Part shown: positions 26,781 to 38,749 of the stretch, piece after piece
Numbering within the stretch: position 1 is the stretch's first letter
Layout of the letters: each line of letters starts with the position of its first letter
Assembly: GCF_009914755.1 (NCBI RefSeq)
Contig: NC_060947.1
Length of the DNA: 64,000 nucleotides
Origin: the human T2T-CHM13v2.0 reference genome, Homo sapiens
Direction: 5' to 3' (one strand)
Program-made: the position numbers and the translations under genes
The notes under the pieces: generated by a model
Told to the model about the DNA's origin: nothing
Database searches by the model: none
The model's input: only the letters and a program-made list of their open reading frames with translations

Positions 26781-27827
26781 CAGTGTCAGCTATATGATTT
26801 GTGGGGCCCAGTGCAAAATGAAAAGGCAAGGTCCTTTGTTCAAAAAGCAGTGAAAAAATGCTGTTTAAAAAAGCAGTGAAAAAAGCTTTAAAATATAAAC
26901 CTTTTCCCTTTCGTCCATGGTCTCTCTCTTTGGACTTTCATGGTGTTTTCTATCTGTGATTTAATGTAGTTCTAAGTGAAGAAAAATTAAAATCTTAAAT
27001 TATTAGAATGAATTTTACCATTCATTTTTGTACTGTGCAATGACAGTTTTAAATGCAAATATAAGAGTATTTAAGTCATATGTGGAATAATCAAATACGC
27101 GATTTGTCTTTTGTAGTTTGTATGTGTGTATGTGTTTCATTCTTATCAGAACAGTGGGAATGCTGCAGAAAAGAACCATTTTTATTCTACTTCTTGATGT
27201 ACACACATTCTACCAACACTCTCTACCTTCAGCTTACTGATGAGTAAGGAAGAGTTGAAAGGAAAGGAAAAGGTTTGCAAAGACAGGGCAACCTTTTCCT
27301 TTCCTTCTATGTTATCATTTTCTGTGGAAGTGGTTGGTTAACATGGAGGAGTAATATGAGTAAGAAAGTATATGATAGAGTTCCTTGGTCATTCGTGTTT
27401 CGGAGAATGTCATTGCTTTCTTTCTGTGTTCAAAGCAAATTCTAGTTTGTATGGAAAACATGATCTCTCAGGACTGTCAGCAATCACACTTATTTACTCA
27501 TGGGTGTAACACACTTACCTTGTACTTGCTGTGGGTCTCAGTGAACTCTCATGCATTGCGGGCCCATTGGAATTCTGTGCTTATGGAGCATCACAAAAGC
27601 TATATCTGAATGGGGTGGCAAGAAATGGTGGACACACATACAGTGTGTATCTCCTCTGCTCATGCTCCATTGAAATCCCATTGGACATCTACAAAACATA
27701 ACCTCAAAGATAAAATGATTAAGAATTTCAAGATGGTGACAGCAGAGTATTAAACCAAGCCTGGGGTCTTTCTGAGTGTGGGGCTTGGTGGGACTGCACA
27801 GGTTTTGTGTTCATGAAGTGGGCCCTG
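26781..27827 (-). mobile_element. MER45B-like hAT (Tip100) non-autonomous DNA transposon
   Basis: Ends CAGTGTCAGC / ATGAAGTGGGCCCTG, 1047 bp. 8-bp TSD GGTCCATC (26773-26780) / GACCCATC (27828-27835). Confidence 0.75.
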
Positions 27828-28439
27828 GACCCATCAGAGTATGATATTACATCTGAAAAAAATACTAATCTGACTCCAAAAATATCCATGAAAATCAACT
27901 TTGTTTTTACTGAAATTTTCTTGAGATTACTAAGGAGAGGGTGTCAAAGTACACCACCAGGTAAAATTTCCCACAAATCCTTTTAAGTTTCTCTCTCACC
28001 AAAGAGAGCTCTTTGAGGCAGCTGTTATGTTGGCAGTCTCTGGCCCCTGGAGTTCCAGGCATTGGGATGAATGAGGGGGAAGATGGCCTGGATCAGTTTA
28101 TAGCTGGCCCCCCTAATTGACTATAAGCACTTGCTTCCCTAAATAAGCCAGTTGTCTAAGGAGAACCAGTTGGGATGGATTGAAGGATTTATTTCACTTT
28201 ACTTTATCAGAATGGCTAGTCCATGGACATATAAGGTGACTGAATTAATTTTTGTAAGTTTTGAAATAAAAGGGTGGGGTGAGAAGGAAAACAGATTAAT
28301 AACTCTTTAACGCATGATGCACATGGAAGTTCATTAGTGGCTCAAAGTGAGCGCCCCCATTGGGATTTGAAACCAGCTCTCTCTGCTTCTAAAGCTGGGC
28401 TCTTTCCACTTGATTGTGCTGGTTCCCACAAAAGGGAAG

Positions 28440-28645
28440 GCAACTCTTGAGCAACCACTGTATGCCAGCCATGTGGAAGATATTTTATGTGACAAATATG
28501 TGATGGAGGTATTACGAGTTCCCATTTTCCTGATGAGGAGACTGAGGCTTGGTGAGGCTAAGCACCTTGTCCAAGGTCACAGAGCAAGTAAGTGACAATG
28601 CCAACACCCTTGTCATTTCTGAGTCCAAAACTCATGTTTCCTCAG
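28440..28645 (-). mobile_element. MIR SINE
   Basis: CCCATTTTCCTGATGAGGAGACTGAGGCTT...CTTGTCCAAGGTCACAGAGCAAGTAAGTG is the antisense MIR core. Confidence 0.75.
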
Positions 28646-29599
28646 TTTGCACGAGGCTAGGGAAGAACCTAGCTCTCCTAGCTTCCCCTTCCTTAGTCTG
28701 TTCAGAATATCAGGCTGCTTCCATCATTAAATCATTTTTGGTTGATTGATTGATAGACTCTAAAGGGCTGTACTTTGCTTGTCCAGGGATATAGGACTTG
28801 ATGTGGAGGAAGGAAGAGGGATTCCGCCAATCATCTCTTTGATTTAATTTTTCCACAGTCAAGCCCCTTCTCCAGGGCCTGTTAGTTTTCTCCACTTTGG
28901 TCCTCCCCAGAACAGTTTCTAGGGTTGGTGGGGCATGGGGGAGGGGTGGGGTAAGGGTGGTCAGGAATGAAGAAAGCGGAGGACCATATTTGTAATTCCT
29001 TTCCTTTTTGTCCTGCCCCAAGCTCTGTTGGGATATTTCTTCAAACATGTTTAGTGACCTGTCACCACAGGGATTTGCTGAGTTAGTTCAGTGGAAAGAG
29101 TTTGAACTTACATGAGATTTTAATTTTGGCTTCTGACACTTTAACCCAGGTAGGTTAGGATTGCAGCGCTTGTAGCCAAAGGCTATCAAAAAGCTTCTGG
29201 AACAAAAATCCGTTACTTTTTTTTCAGAATAAATTGCGAGATAAAAACAAAGTATCACTTCTGGTTTTCAAATATAATTCGTACTTAATGTACAATGATC
29301 TGTAAATGTTTTGTGGGAGGTCTACGTTTCTTTCTTCATGTCTGGAGGAATGAATGAAGTGAGGGTGAGGAGATCTGTGAGGTGGCAGCATTCCTGAACC
29401 TCAGCCTCTGAGGTTTGTCTGAGCATTTTGTGTTTTGTATTGATGAGTGATTCTCAACTGACTAGACTGGGAAGTTTCTCCCAAATAACATCCCACTGAA
29501 AGAAAAGGTAGTCATGGTGGTAGGGGCAATGGAGAGAGGGAAAATCCACCCTGAAGGTTCTCTTCTAGACTCTTGGGCCTCTGAGGAATAAGGGCAGGA

Positions 29600-30066
29600 A
29601 GGAGCTTCTGTGCAATGTAAGAAGGCTTGGTCTCTCAGGTTCTTTGGGTTTATGAATCCCCGGTGACCATTCTGTGCTGTCTGCATTCCTGGGCATAGCC
29701 AGTGGCCTGCTGGCTTTTAAATATGAGCACCTGTGAAATTTGCCTACAGGCTTTCTCTGGCTGCTGGTTCAAGCCAAAAATGCCAGAGAGTTAATTCCCC
29801 CATGCTCTCCTTCTCCCCAGCAGCCCTCAACAATGACTGAAGTGAGTTGGTGGAGAAATTCCCCAGCTTCCTAATCCCTTGGCAGGGGAAACTTCGAGAT
29901 GTGTCCATCCAGTCTCATGGAGTTCTCTAACAGGATTGGGCTCCATTTATTGGCTGCCTTTCCTTCCCTGACTCACTTCCGCCCTCCTTTACTGGTGTTT
30001 TCTGGGATCACCTCCCAAATAAACTTGAAGTCTTGTCCTGTTTCTGTGGGAGCCTAGCATAAAACA
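29600..30066. mobile_element. ERVL-class LTR (LTR16/LTR33-like)
   Basis: CTGGGATCACCTCCCAAATAAAC terminal motif, opposite in orientation to the 9160 and 53090 copies. Confidence 0.5.
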
Positions 30067-30193
30067 GACCCTTTGTAGCCAAAATGGCTTTCCTCCAAAG
30101 TGACAAGAAAGCTGCAGACACTACCTCATCTGCTGGGGGCAGTATGGGAGTGCTTCTTTATTGTTGAGCAGCTTAGAAAAAGCCAGTTGAATG

Positions 30194-31425
30194 GTATTGC
30201 CTACATTTTCTTTTACGGTTTTTATAGTTTTTATAGTTTTGGGTTTTACATTTAAGTCTTTAATCCATCTTGAGTTAATTTTTGTATAAGGTATGAGGAA
30301 GGGGTCCAGTTTGAATTTTCTGCCTATGGACAGCCATTTCTGCAGATGAATAGCCCAAAAGTAATTGCAACAAAACTAAAAATTGACAAATGGGATCTAA
30401 TTAAACTAAAGAGCTTCTGCACAGCAAAAGAGACTATCATCAGACTGAAGAGGCAACCTACAGAGTGGAAGAAAATTTTTGTAACCTATCCATCTAACAA
30501 AGGTCTAATATCCAGAATCTACAAGGAACTCAGACAAATTTACAAGAAAAAAACCAAACAACCCCATTAAAAAGTGGGCAAAGGACATGAACAGACACTT
30601 CTCAAAAGAAAACATTCATGCAGCCAACAAACATATGAAAATAAGCTCAACATCGCTGATCTCTAGAGAAATGCAAATCAAAACCACAAGGAGATACCAT
30701 CTCATGCCAGTCAGATGGTGATTATTGAAAAGTCAAGAAACAACAGATGCTGGCAAGGTTGTGGAGAAGTAAGAATGCTTTTACACTGCTGGTGGGAATG
30801 TAAATTACTTCAACTATTGTGGAAGACAGTGTGGCAATTCCTCAAATATATAGAACCAGAAATACCATTTGACCCAGCAATCCCATCACTGGGTATATAC
30901 CCAAAGGAATATAAATCATTCTATTACAAAGATACATGCACATGTATGTTCATAGAAGCACTATTCACAATTGCAAAGACATGGAATCAACCCAAATGCC
31001 CATCAGTGATAGACTGGATAAAGAAAATGTGGTAAATGTACACCATGGAATACTATGCAGCCACAAAAAGGAACGATATTATGTCCTTTGCAGGGACATG
31101 GATGGAGCTGGAAGCCGTTATCCTCAGCAAACTAACACAGGAACAGAAAAATCAAACACTGCATGTTCTCACTTATAACTGGGAGCTGAACAATGAGAAC
31201 ACATGGACACAGGGAGGGGAACAACACACCCCACCTGTCAGGAGGTGAGGCGAGGGGAGGGAGAGCATTAGGAAAAATAGCTAAAGTACGCTAGGCTTAA
31301 TACCTAAGCGATGGGTTGAAAGGCACAGCAAACCACCATGGCACCCGTTTACCCTGTGTAACAAACCTGCACATCCTGCACATGTACCCTAGAACTAAAA
31401 ATTAAAATTAAAATTAAAAAAAAAA
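30194..31425 (+). mobile_element. L1PA (about L1PA10-13), 5'-truncated with 5' inversion
   Basis: Sense ORF2 remnants [20 protein letters not shown] and the Cys-rich RCWQGCGE...HCWWECKL, then 3' UTR and poly(A). Antisense segment 30194-~30339. 19-bp TSD AGAAAAAGCCAGTTGAATG at 30175-30193 and 31426-31444. Confidence 0.95.
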
Positions 31426-34369
31426 AGAAAAAGCCAGTTGAATGAATGACTCACAGCTGGAGGGTTTCTTGGTGCTCCAGGTGTGACTGAGCACTTGGGG
31501 TCTCAGCACAGCCACAAGGAAATCAGTTCTCCTCAGCAGGGAGCTCTGGCAGGGTTGTTTTCTGTCTGGGTTGGCCAAGTAAAAGGCAGAGCTCTTTGGA
31601 GTCTAGGGGAGTCCTGGGGTGCCTGAAGTTCTGTGAGCTTTCAGTGGTGCTTGCAATTTTAGCCCGAGGTCTTATGAGAGATACAAAGACAGCAGGTCTC
31701 AGCTCTACCTTCTAGTAGCTTATAATCTCGAGGGGTAGGATGAGGCAGGTGTTCAAACACTTCCTATCCATGGTGGAAGGGAACAGGAGAAACAAGACTT
31801 TCTGTAATGAGTGTTGACAATCATGGATTTTGTTAAGCATCTGAGCTGTTAACTTGAGGCATTTGGAAATAAACGGGGACACAAATTTGCTTTCACTAAA
31901 TGGCACTGTTATAGGAAAAGCAACTTATCAATCATAGAAAATAATGAAGCCACAAAAGTTCATATCTAGAAGACCCACATAAAATTGCTGATAATGACTG
32001 AGTGGCAGAAATGTAGATTGAGAAATATATCTTTGAATATAATATTCAAAAGGAGCTAATTTATTTTAGATGAGTAGGTCAAAGAAAGCTGTATTATTTT
32101 TAATTACTGTATTATTCATAGCAATATTTTGAATTTGTCTAGCACCTTTCTTTTGAGGAGCTTGAGGCATTTCACATATATTATCTCATTTATCTTTTAT
32201 AACATCCCAGTGGAAATATATATGATTAACTCTCTATTGCCATTGGACTACATTTTTGTAAATTCTCTTTCCTGGGAATGAATGAGGCCACATCATTACA
32301 GAAGCAGATGCTGGCTGGAAGTCACCTACAACTTGCTACTGAATGCAAGTTAATTATAATAGCTCAATATTCCGATTTTTCTTTGGGAAGCCATTTTGCC
32401 TCTCTCCACCTCAGTTTATAGGAAAACAAAGGAGCCTAGTTAATCACAATAGTTATGAAATCAACCCACAACCTTTGAAAAGAAAAAACCCTCATGCACT
32501 GTAGAAAACCGTCATGCAGAGTTAATTATTACATATGGAGTTTGCTAGTTACAGCTGAATATTGATGTAACATTTCAATAGAAAAAAGGTTATATAATGA
32601 ACTTTCTCTGCCACCCACTTTTAAGTGGGAAAAACTCTACTTAACAGAAAGTGCCTGGTTTTGGTCCTAGCTGAAAGGTAAATTTCTTTGTCAAGTTAGG
32701 GAACACTCTGTCCAATTATTATTGAATAATAGTATTTAAATCCCATTTCTACTGTGCCCAAAGAGGAAAATTTAGATATGGTTTTTCTCATTAACTTGAA
32801 ACACTACAAAGTTCATCCATGACTTCTTCTCTATAAATTACTCTCTAGTAAGGTTTGCCAGAAAAAGTAAAAAAAATTATTTTTCCAAGTCATAACTAAG
32901 GAGTAGTAGGAGGTCTGTGAGCAGCTTTGTAGAACTCTGGGAGCCATTGTCATCTTAAGGCTTGAGGATATGGGTGCTAAAAATGGGCCACCTATGTTGT
33001 CTTGGGAGGAGGATCGTCCCTTCCTTTCCCCATGGTCTGCATGGCTTTCTGGCTTCAATTTGTGTTGAGGCCTTCAGGATATGGGTAAACACCTCATTAA
33101 ACATACAAAAAAGAGGCTCTCACTCAAACATTGTCAAAAATCTGGGTCAAGAGAAGTTTTTTAACCCTGAAATATTGTCAGGCTTTACAGTCTGAATTTA
33201 GGGTAACCCTTTCAATAATTTAATTTTTGTATTTCTACTCTGCAGAAAGTTCCATAGGATTTACAAATCCCCCTTCTGTTGAAAAGGCATGCCAAGAGAA
33301 CAGAAATGGTCACCCTGTGAAATACAGCAGAGGAAGCTCTGCTCCCCCAGGGAAGCTCACAATTGCTCCATACCCTGTTTGAACTGGATGAGGTCCTTTT
33401 GTTGATTTCAGCTCAGTTTCATCCATGTCTGATTAATAGAGGTGCCCCACTTCCAATCTCCTGCCAGGGTTCATCCTGTACTTGGTCAGAAAATTCTCCA
33501 GTGGTCATACTAGACCTCTTGGTAGGCTTTAAATAGGTAACTTTATAAGCATTATATTTTCTTTTCAGTAACCTCATAGTCATCTATAAGAATGATTAAG
33601 TAAATCTGGCTTCTTTTAGTTCTTTTGATTCAACAGAGCTGTCTCCTGTTTATAAATCCCTTTCCGTAATCAAATCCTTCTGGCCATTCCTTGTAGCCTC
33701 TTGACTCCAAACAGCTACCAAAACTGTAAATAAAGGGCTGCTGGATACGTAAACAATCCCTTTCTGCTGTCAAGAAACATGTGCTTTATACAAACCATGA
33801 AAATGGAGAGTAAGAAGTAGGTGAAGTAGAAAGTAAGAGGGATAGATATGTCAGTGCTTGGAACATAGTAGGAATGCTCCAAATATGTAGTGATTGCCAC
33901 CAAAATTAAAAATGGAGTCTTCCACATTGGTCAGGCCTCTTTTCAGTCCCCTGGTGTCAGAAGTGGGGGTTATAATATACTTAGAATGGTGGCAAATGGA
34001 TCAGAAGTTCTAGTGACAATTTGTCGGCTGGTATGTTTTGGCAGTTTAAGTTTTCACGTGCGGTAAGGATTTTCTACATGTTATTTCTTTAGTTTTCACA
34101 GCATCCCTGACAGCCCCAAGAGCTTCTTGGGTGCACATTGTGTACAGGGTATGGCACACATTGCAGTGGGATCATGGGCAAGATGTAGGACACAGGTATT
34201 ATCCACCTGAAAGAGGCACAGTATCATTTAATGGGATGGATTCATATTGTGTATCCTCATACCATTTTATTAGTATAATTATTTTTGAATAATGGAAAAA
34301 AGTAGGGGAGGCAGCAAGTCATTTGGAAATTATAAGCATTATCGCTTGTTTACAGGTCTAAGAATTGTG

Positions 34370-34920
34370 ATAGAGGTAAGCATGCAGTGCTATGCAAACA
34401 CAGAAAAGGGGAACTTGGTCCAGCCTAAAGATTTAGAGAAGGCTTCCTGGAGGATGAGATAGTCTAAGCTAGGTCTTGAAGGATGCACTGGAGTTAGCCA
34501 CGCTCAGAAAGAGGGTGAGAGCAATATGGACAGGAAATCGAACATGAATAAACACACAAAGGCCTTCGCACGGGGAAATCCTGGTCTTTCAGTTTTACTA
34601 AAGAGTGGGAGGTGAGGTTGGAGACCAGTCATAGAAGGCCTTAATTTATTCATTTACTTACTCACTCATTATTCAACAAATATTTGCTGAGTTTCTGCAA
34701 GGTGGCAGGCAGTGTTCTAGGCATTCTGGCTACAGAAATGAACAAGATAGACAAGGCCTGGTTCACAAGGAACTTACATTCTGGTGTTGGGAGGGGCTTG
34801 TAGATTTCACCCCAAGTAACTAGGTCTTTATGCAACAGAATAGGCATCAGAGAATCACTGAAGGGTTTTAAGCAGCGAAATGACGTGGTCAGATCTGTGT
34901 TTTAGACAGATTGCTTTAGT
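34370..34920 (-). mobile_element. L2 fragments (one nested 3' end at ~34645-34790)
   Basis: ATTCAACAAATATTTGCTGAG...GCAGTGTTCTAGGCATT and GAAGGCTTCCTGGAGGA are L2 motifs. Confidence 0.6.
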
Positions 34921-35609
34921 CTCGATAGATATAAGTGTGACTCTAATACTTGGTGACTGTAATCAGAGTAGTTAAGCCAATGCTGCCAGGAAAATTTTTG
35001 ATGATTTGCCTATTTGAGAACAAAGGACATTTGGGTTTATATAAGAAAGAATTTATTGATGCTAAAACACTGAAATATGGAAGGGCTTATCATTCAACCT
35101 CAAGAATTGTTCAAGAAGATAATGTCTATACTTTATGAAAAAACAATGAACGAAATGTCTTGAATGGATCAATTGTTCTCTTAAGTTAAGCAAGAAAGTT
35201 GAAAGGTTCAACAGATGCCCTTTTGGAATTTCTTATGGCTTTATTACTTTATGATTTATGAAGTGAAAATAACTACAGTATAAACTGTGTACTTAAGACT
35301 GGGAGTAAGGATGTGATCAAAGTTCTGGGAGCCTGGTCAGGGTAGGAGGTTTAATTTTTTTTTCTTCCAATTTTACAGAGAAGTGATTTATAGAGAACTT
35401 ATCACAGAGTAGCTGGAACATGGAAGACCTTGATATATTATATGATTTTTAGTTATCTCCTCTTCCTCCCTATCCTTTTCCTCCTTCTTCAATCCCACTG
35501 TTTCCATTTGTCCTAGAGGGTTGAGACTCCTTTTACCATATTATTGTGTATGTTTTAGTTGAGTGAGTTTATTACAAATGCCTACTAAATGGGCTTCATT
35601 TTTATTCAC

Positions 35610-36003
35610 TGTGGATGATTATAGCATTGTTCCCAATAATGCAAGCTTGCCTTCCCTGTAAGAGAATTATGTATCCTCACCTGTTTCCAGGTAAACTTGC
35701 CATGGCCCCTTGAGGAGGACTATATTTCCCTATCCTATTGTCAGTCTTGACTGTGTGACTTGCTTTGGCTAATGAAATATGAGCATAAGCTTTGTGTGCA
35801 TTTGCCTACTCTCTTATTCATTGTAAGTTCCCAGATAGGACCCAAGATGAAGGAGCAGCCCCTAAAATGAAAACAGAGAGCTGGTGTCAACCCATGGCAG
35901 ACAAAAAATTTCTAAGTAAGAAATACCCTTTGTTGTTGTAAGCTACTAAGATTTGGAGATTATTTGTTACTGCAACACAATGTAGCAAAAGCTGCCTGAT
36001 ACA
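35610..36003 (+). mobile_element. MLT1 (MLT1I/J-like) LTR
   Basis: TGTGTGACTTGCTTTGGCTAATGAAAT...TTGTTACTGCAACA...CTGATACA. Confidence 0.65.
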
Positions 36004-36977
36004 TATAATCAATAGATGTTAAATTCAATGACAATGAAAGATAGTGGCAACGAAATATCTTTACTGTTAGATTTCCAAAGCTTGCACTAAACAATATTTA
36101 TGCAATGAAAGTTCAGTTTCTTACGAAGTCAAAATTAGACCATTCCTTGGTATTCACTTGTTGAACCTTAAACCACGGTCCTTATTGGCATAAAAAAGCC
36201 TGCCCTACTAAAGGATTTGAGGATGTTAACCGGTACTGTGTTTTAATAAAAAAAAGAACACTGAATTCTGTTGGAATGTGAGCTAGTGGTCCACAGTAGT
36301 AATCTGAATTTCCCGTCATGTTTAGAAATGAAATAGGGGTTGCAAAATGTTGTCCCAGCTCCTTATGTAACCCAAGACCAAGACATTCACTTGATTTAAT
36401 GGTCTTCTGGCTTCTAAATTTTTTGACTTGTGAATGTGTCTATTTTTTGAAGCTGAAGATGTTTGACTACATTTTATTTTGTTTCTTTGTTTTAGCTAAC
36501 TGAACCCCCTACTTTCATAGTGTGGCACTATTAGGACACTCTGGTGGGACTTTCTGTCTGCTTCTTCCTGTGCTGGCTTTCTGAAAGGGCCACTTCCTCA
36601 CTTTGATCAGCTTCTCCTCCTGTTTTCTCTTCTACCTGATGGTGCTTTAAACCCACTTGGTTTCTTTTTATTATCTTATGAGCTATCTATGCTGAACATG
36701 TATTCGAGATTCTTAATGAGGGCAAATGTATACGAAGGTAAAACCTTCTCTTTTTATCCTATTAAAAATTGTGAATGAATATTGAACTGTCTCAATGAAT
36801 GAGTGATATGATTGTCCTCAGGGATTTGAGTGGTGTAACAGAATTGGCTGCCAGGGTAAAGAATACATTTGTGAGGATAGGAAAATTCAGTGTATCCAAG
36901 GGGACCCTATCATAGGCCACAAACCTTGCAGTCTACTTACTATTATTAGTTACAAGAGACAGAACTTGACCTCAAGC

Positions 36978-37065
36978 TATATGTATATGTATATATGTGT
37001 GTGTATATACACATACACACATACATATCAAACATATATGTACAGATACATTATACAATATATAA
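36978..37065. repeat. (TA/TG/CA)n low-complexity tract
   Basis: TATATGTATATGTATATATGTGTGTGTATATACACATACACAC read directly. Confidence 0.85.
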
Positions 37066-37089
37066 AATGACTGCTTGCTATCTATATAT

Positions 37090-37584
37090 TGTGGGAGAAA
37101 ATCTTTTCCTTTACCAACTTACGTTCAAGTGGTGGGGCCTGTGAATTAATTGACAACAAATACAATATGAGAAAAGTTTATTTCACACGCATGTGGGGAC
37201 ACTCAATAAGAGTTGGCATGCTGAACAGCCAGTGCTACGGGTTTATATACCAGCTTAACAAAAAAAGGGGTTGTAGGGCTTCAATGGGAAGTTATGGAAG
37301 GCTCTATTGGGCTTATTCATCCCAATGCTAATTGACAGTCTCCTTCCAGGTGGAACTCCCATCTCCCATCCCCCTGGGGCAGGGGAAAGGAATTTGTGGC
37401 AGCTGAATTCATACCTCCTGGTGCTAAGGGTAAGTAATCTCCAGAACAGGAAACTCCCTTAGGGTTAATGGCAGCTGTATTTTCAGGAGGCTCTGCCTAA
37501 GTTTAGATAAGCCTTCTTTCTGTGGCTGCTGTTTGTTCAGATGTTTTCAGTTTAAAGTAATCTTCATGCCACTCTGTTGGTCCC
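37090..37584 (-). mobile_element. ERV1-class LTR (MER67-like), within an old MLT1 remnant
   Basis: TGTGGGAGAAAATCTTTTCCT start, antisense poly(A) signal TTTATT near 37177, antisense TATA TTTATATA near 37242. Confidence 0.45.
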
Positions 37585-37643
<59 letters not shown>

Positions 37644-37677
37644 CTATTTAAAATCTATTTAAAACATCTATTTAAAA
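37585..37677. repeat. Compound (CT)12(CA)17 microsatellite followed by three copies of TCTATTTAAAA
   Basis: Read directly from the sequence. Confidence 0.95.
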
Positions 37678-38749
37678 TCAGAGGTAGAATAACCTGAGGG
37701 CACAGGGACTGAAAAGAGGTCATCAGGGTTTACCCTATCTTCCTTTCCATCTTTCTGTCAGGCTCCCTCCATGTGGGAGGATTAGTGGCTGACCATGACC
37801 AGCCCCAAGCTCATATCCTCCCAGCTAGGCAGCTCCAGCAAAGAGAGCACCTTCCCATCACTGCTCTGGCAGCAGAGCTCCAGAGAGGATGCCACTTTAC
37901 CTAATTGATTTTATGTGACCATGTTTGACTCAACTGTGGTCAAATGGAAGGGGTCCTCTGGGGTGCATGCTGTCTTATAGGTATGAGACCAAGTGGAATG
38001 GGTATTCCACAGAGTTCTGTTTTGAGAAGAGAGGGGACTCCAGGCAGGAAAAAAAACAGGTTCTCCCTCTACTATTCTGCCTGTCTCCTTTGCCCTTGAA
38101 TCTTTACCTCTATTTTAAGGAACTCTAGTAAAATACTAAATGTTTCTAAGGGAAATGGCATAAAATCAGTGAGATGGAATAACAACTGAAATCATGTTTA
38201 ATGATTTGTTTTCCCCAAACCTAGTGATTCTTGTGTAAGTCTGAATCTTCTCTCTTGAGTTTTGTGCTGAGCTTTTGATTTTGATTTGATGCTGAGACAT
38301 ACAATAAGCCACTTCACCTTTCTACCTGATAATTACACACCCTTAAATTAAGACAATGATAACTTCACAGAGGTGTATGAGGTCTAATTAATTAAGGTCT
38401 GTAAAGTTCTTAAAGATCCTTGAATCGAAAGCACTTTACGAAAGTACAAAATGGTAATATTATGGGTGAAGCTCATGACAATAAGCTTCAGATTTTTTGG
38501 TTGTATTGAAATAGGTATCAAGTATCATTTGAAATATACAGGCTGGAACTAGGAAACCCATTTAGTATGCAGAGAACATGTTGTATCATGGTATATGAGT
38601 CTGTTCTCACACTGCTATAAAGAATACCACCTGAGACTGGGTAATTTATGAAGAAAAGAGGTTTAATTGACTCACAGTTCTGCATGGTGGGGAGGCCTCA
38701 GGAAACTTACATTCATGGTAGAAGGTGAAGGGGAGGCAAGGCATGTCTT

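Noticed and set aside
30346-31248. ORFs with a Cys/His-rich motif
   Set aside because: Broken C-terminus of L1 ORF2 in a 5'-truncated copy with no promoter, endonuclease or RT core.
34950-35138. 62-aa ORF in unassigned sequence
   Set aside because: TTG start, short, and no recognisable motif.
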